Assembly: GCA_030688605.1 (NCBI GenBank)
Contig: JAUYJB010000122.1
Coordinates: 44,171 to 108,170, forward strand
Source: Hyphomicrobiales bacterium
Lineage (GTDB): Bacteria; Pseudomonadota; Alphaproteobacteria; Rhizobiales; NORP267
Direction: 5' to 3'
Length of the DNA stretch: 64,000 nucleotides
The notes under the pieces are model-generated. The model worked only from the letters and a program-made list of their open reading frames with translations, did no database searches and was not told the origin of the DNA. The position numbers and the translations under genes are program-made. Below are positions 62,662-64,000 of the stretch, piece after piece; the stretch's first letter is position 1; every line of letters starts with the position of its first letter.

Positions 62662-63945
62662 ATGACAATAACCGCTGCCCGTTTCGTCTCTCGCCTGACC
62701 CACGATACGCTGGCCCTGATACTGGCCGGCGGCCGGGGCAGCCGCCTCGGTGTCCTGACGGAGTGGCGCACCAAGCCGGCCGTGCCCTTCGGCGGAAAGT
62801 TCCGGATTATCGATTTCACGCTTTCCAACTGCCTCAATTCGGGCATTCGCAAGATTGCCGTACTGACCCAATACAAATCGCATTCTCTCCTGCAGCACAT
62901 TCTCAACGGCTGGAGCCGCTTCAACACCGAGCTCGGCGAGTTCATCGACCTGGTTCCCGCCCAGCAGTGGCTCGATGAGGAAACCTGGTATCAGGGCACG
63001 GCGGACGCCGTGTTCCAGACCCTCGACATCATTGGGAGCCACAATCCGGGGCACGTTCTGATTTTGGCGGGCGATCACATCTATTGCATGGATTATGGCG
63101 AGATGATCGCAACCCATGTGGCGGCCCGGGCGGATATGACGATCTCCTGTACCCCGCTGCCGAGGACGGCAGCCTCCGAGTTCGGCGTCCTGACGGTCGA
63201 CGAATCGCGCAAGGTCACCGCATTTCAGGAGAAGCCCGAGCAACCCACGCCGATGCCGGACGATCCGGACCTGGCGCTGGTGAGCATGGGGATTTACGTC
63301 TTCTCGTTCGATTATCTGTGCCAACAGCTGCGACGTGACGCGGCCGACAAAAACTCGAGCCACGATTTCGGCAAGGACGTGATCCCCCACGCCCTGGGCC
63401 AGGGCCATCACGTGCATGCCTACAGGTTCAGCAACGCCCGCTCCACCGGCAGCTCCTATTGGCGCGATGTCGGAACGCTCGACGCCTATTATCAGGCCAA
63501 TATCGAGCTACTGTCACCCGAAGCACCATTGGACATCTATCATCCGGCGTGGCAGATCCTGACCTATCAGCCGCAATTGCCGCCGGCGCAGCTTGTCGGC
63601 GACGGCAAGCGCTGCAAGGCAAGAAACTCGATGCTCAGTGGCGGCTGCGTCATCAAGGAATCGGAACTCGACAGCGCGCTTCTATTCTCCGACGTGAAGG
63701 TGGGTGAGGGCTGCAACCTTGAAGGCGTGCTCGCTTTGCCCGGTTGCGAAATCGGTGCGGGCTCGCGCTTGAAAAACGTGATCCTCGACAATCAGTGCCA
63801 GGTTCCGGAGGGCACGGAAATCGGCCTCAATCCAGAGGTGGACAGGCAGCGCTTTCACGTCACCGAAGGCGGCATCGTCGTTGTCAATCGCGTGATGCTC
63901 GGACAGGGATCGCATTATATGCCGGCCATTCACGCGCAGGCTTAG
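62662..63945 (+). CDS. glgC: Glucose-1-phosphate adenylyltransferase
   Basis: 427 aa. [45 protein letters not shown] and the WYQGTADAV motif. Confidence 0.96.
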   Translation: MTITAARFVSRLTHDTLALILAGGRGSRLGVLTEWRTKPAVPFGGKFRIIDFTLSNCLNSGIRKIAVLTQYKSHSLLQHILNGWSRFNTELGEFIDLVPAQQWLDEETWYQGTADAVFQTLDIIGSHNPGHVLILAGDHIYCMDYGEMIATHVAARADMTISCTPLPRTAASEFGVLTVDESRKVTAFQEKPEQPTPMPDDPDLALVSMGIYVFSFDYLCQQLRRDAADKNSSHDFGKDVIPHALGQGHHVHAYRFSNARSTGSSYWRDVGTLDAYYQANIELLSPEAPLDIYHPAWQILTYQPQLPPAQLVGDGKRCKARNSMLSGGCVIKESELDSALLFSDVKVGEGCNLEGVLALPGCEIGAGSRLKNVILDNQCQVPEGTEIGLNPEVDRQRFHVTEGGIVVVNRVMLGQGSHYMPAIHAQA

Positions 63946-64000
63946 AGCATTCGCCCGGCAACCGGCCTCACAGGGCCGCAGAAAGCCTAGCCGGGGCTCC

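Overview
This is a high-GC alphaproteobacterial chromosomal segment. Gene content and repeat types look like Hyphomicrobiales/Rhizobiales. It is densely coded, with about 60 protein genes. The backbone is housekeeping and partly syntenic: uvrD', fumC, sspB, thyA-folA, hflKC-degQ, miaA, ilvIH, pdxJ, ilvC, leuA, glgC. Short accessory blocks interrupt it: a wHTH-TPR regulator plus a secreted HExxH protein that appear to have destroyed a cytochrome c peroxidase gene; a zrg-like zinc-uptake cluster; an ArsR/DUF2892/RND efflux operon; a GNAT plus RimK-like ligase pair; an arsR-acr3-arsC operon with a PQQ sugar dehydrogenase; and an RpiR/TAXI-TRAP/aminotransferase/BKACE operon. Two RNA genes are absent from the ORF track: a circularly permuted two-piece tmRNA (tag ANDNYAPVALAA) directly upstream of sspB, and tRNA-Lys(CUU). 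I also see a candidate ilvIH leader-peptide attenuator, a candidate Zur box, several intergenic hairpin/repeat families, a 480-bp tandem duplication carrying two small secreted paralogues, and an in-frame 43-bp direct repeat inside a giant AsmA-family gene. I found no CRISPR array, transposase, integrase, phage genes or recognisable defence system. Nothing here is a compelling self-contained novel system. The most second-look-worthy items are the tandem small secreted proteins, the SqrR/BigR-like regulator wired to an RND pump, the split GNAT/ATP-grasp pair, the ccp-disrupting insertion, the DUF1015 gene next to miaA, and the ssrA-sspB linkage. All functional calls come from motif recognition by eye; no database search was possible. 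The ORF track uses ATG/GTG/TTG starts and gives maximal ORFs, so several starts were moved by me and remain uncertain.
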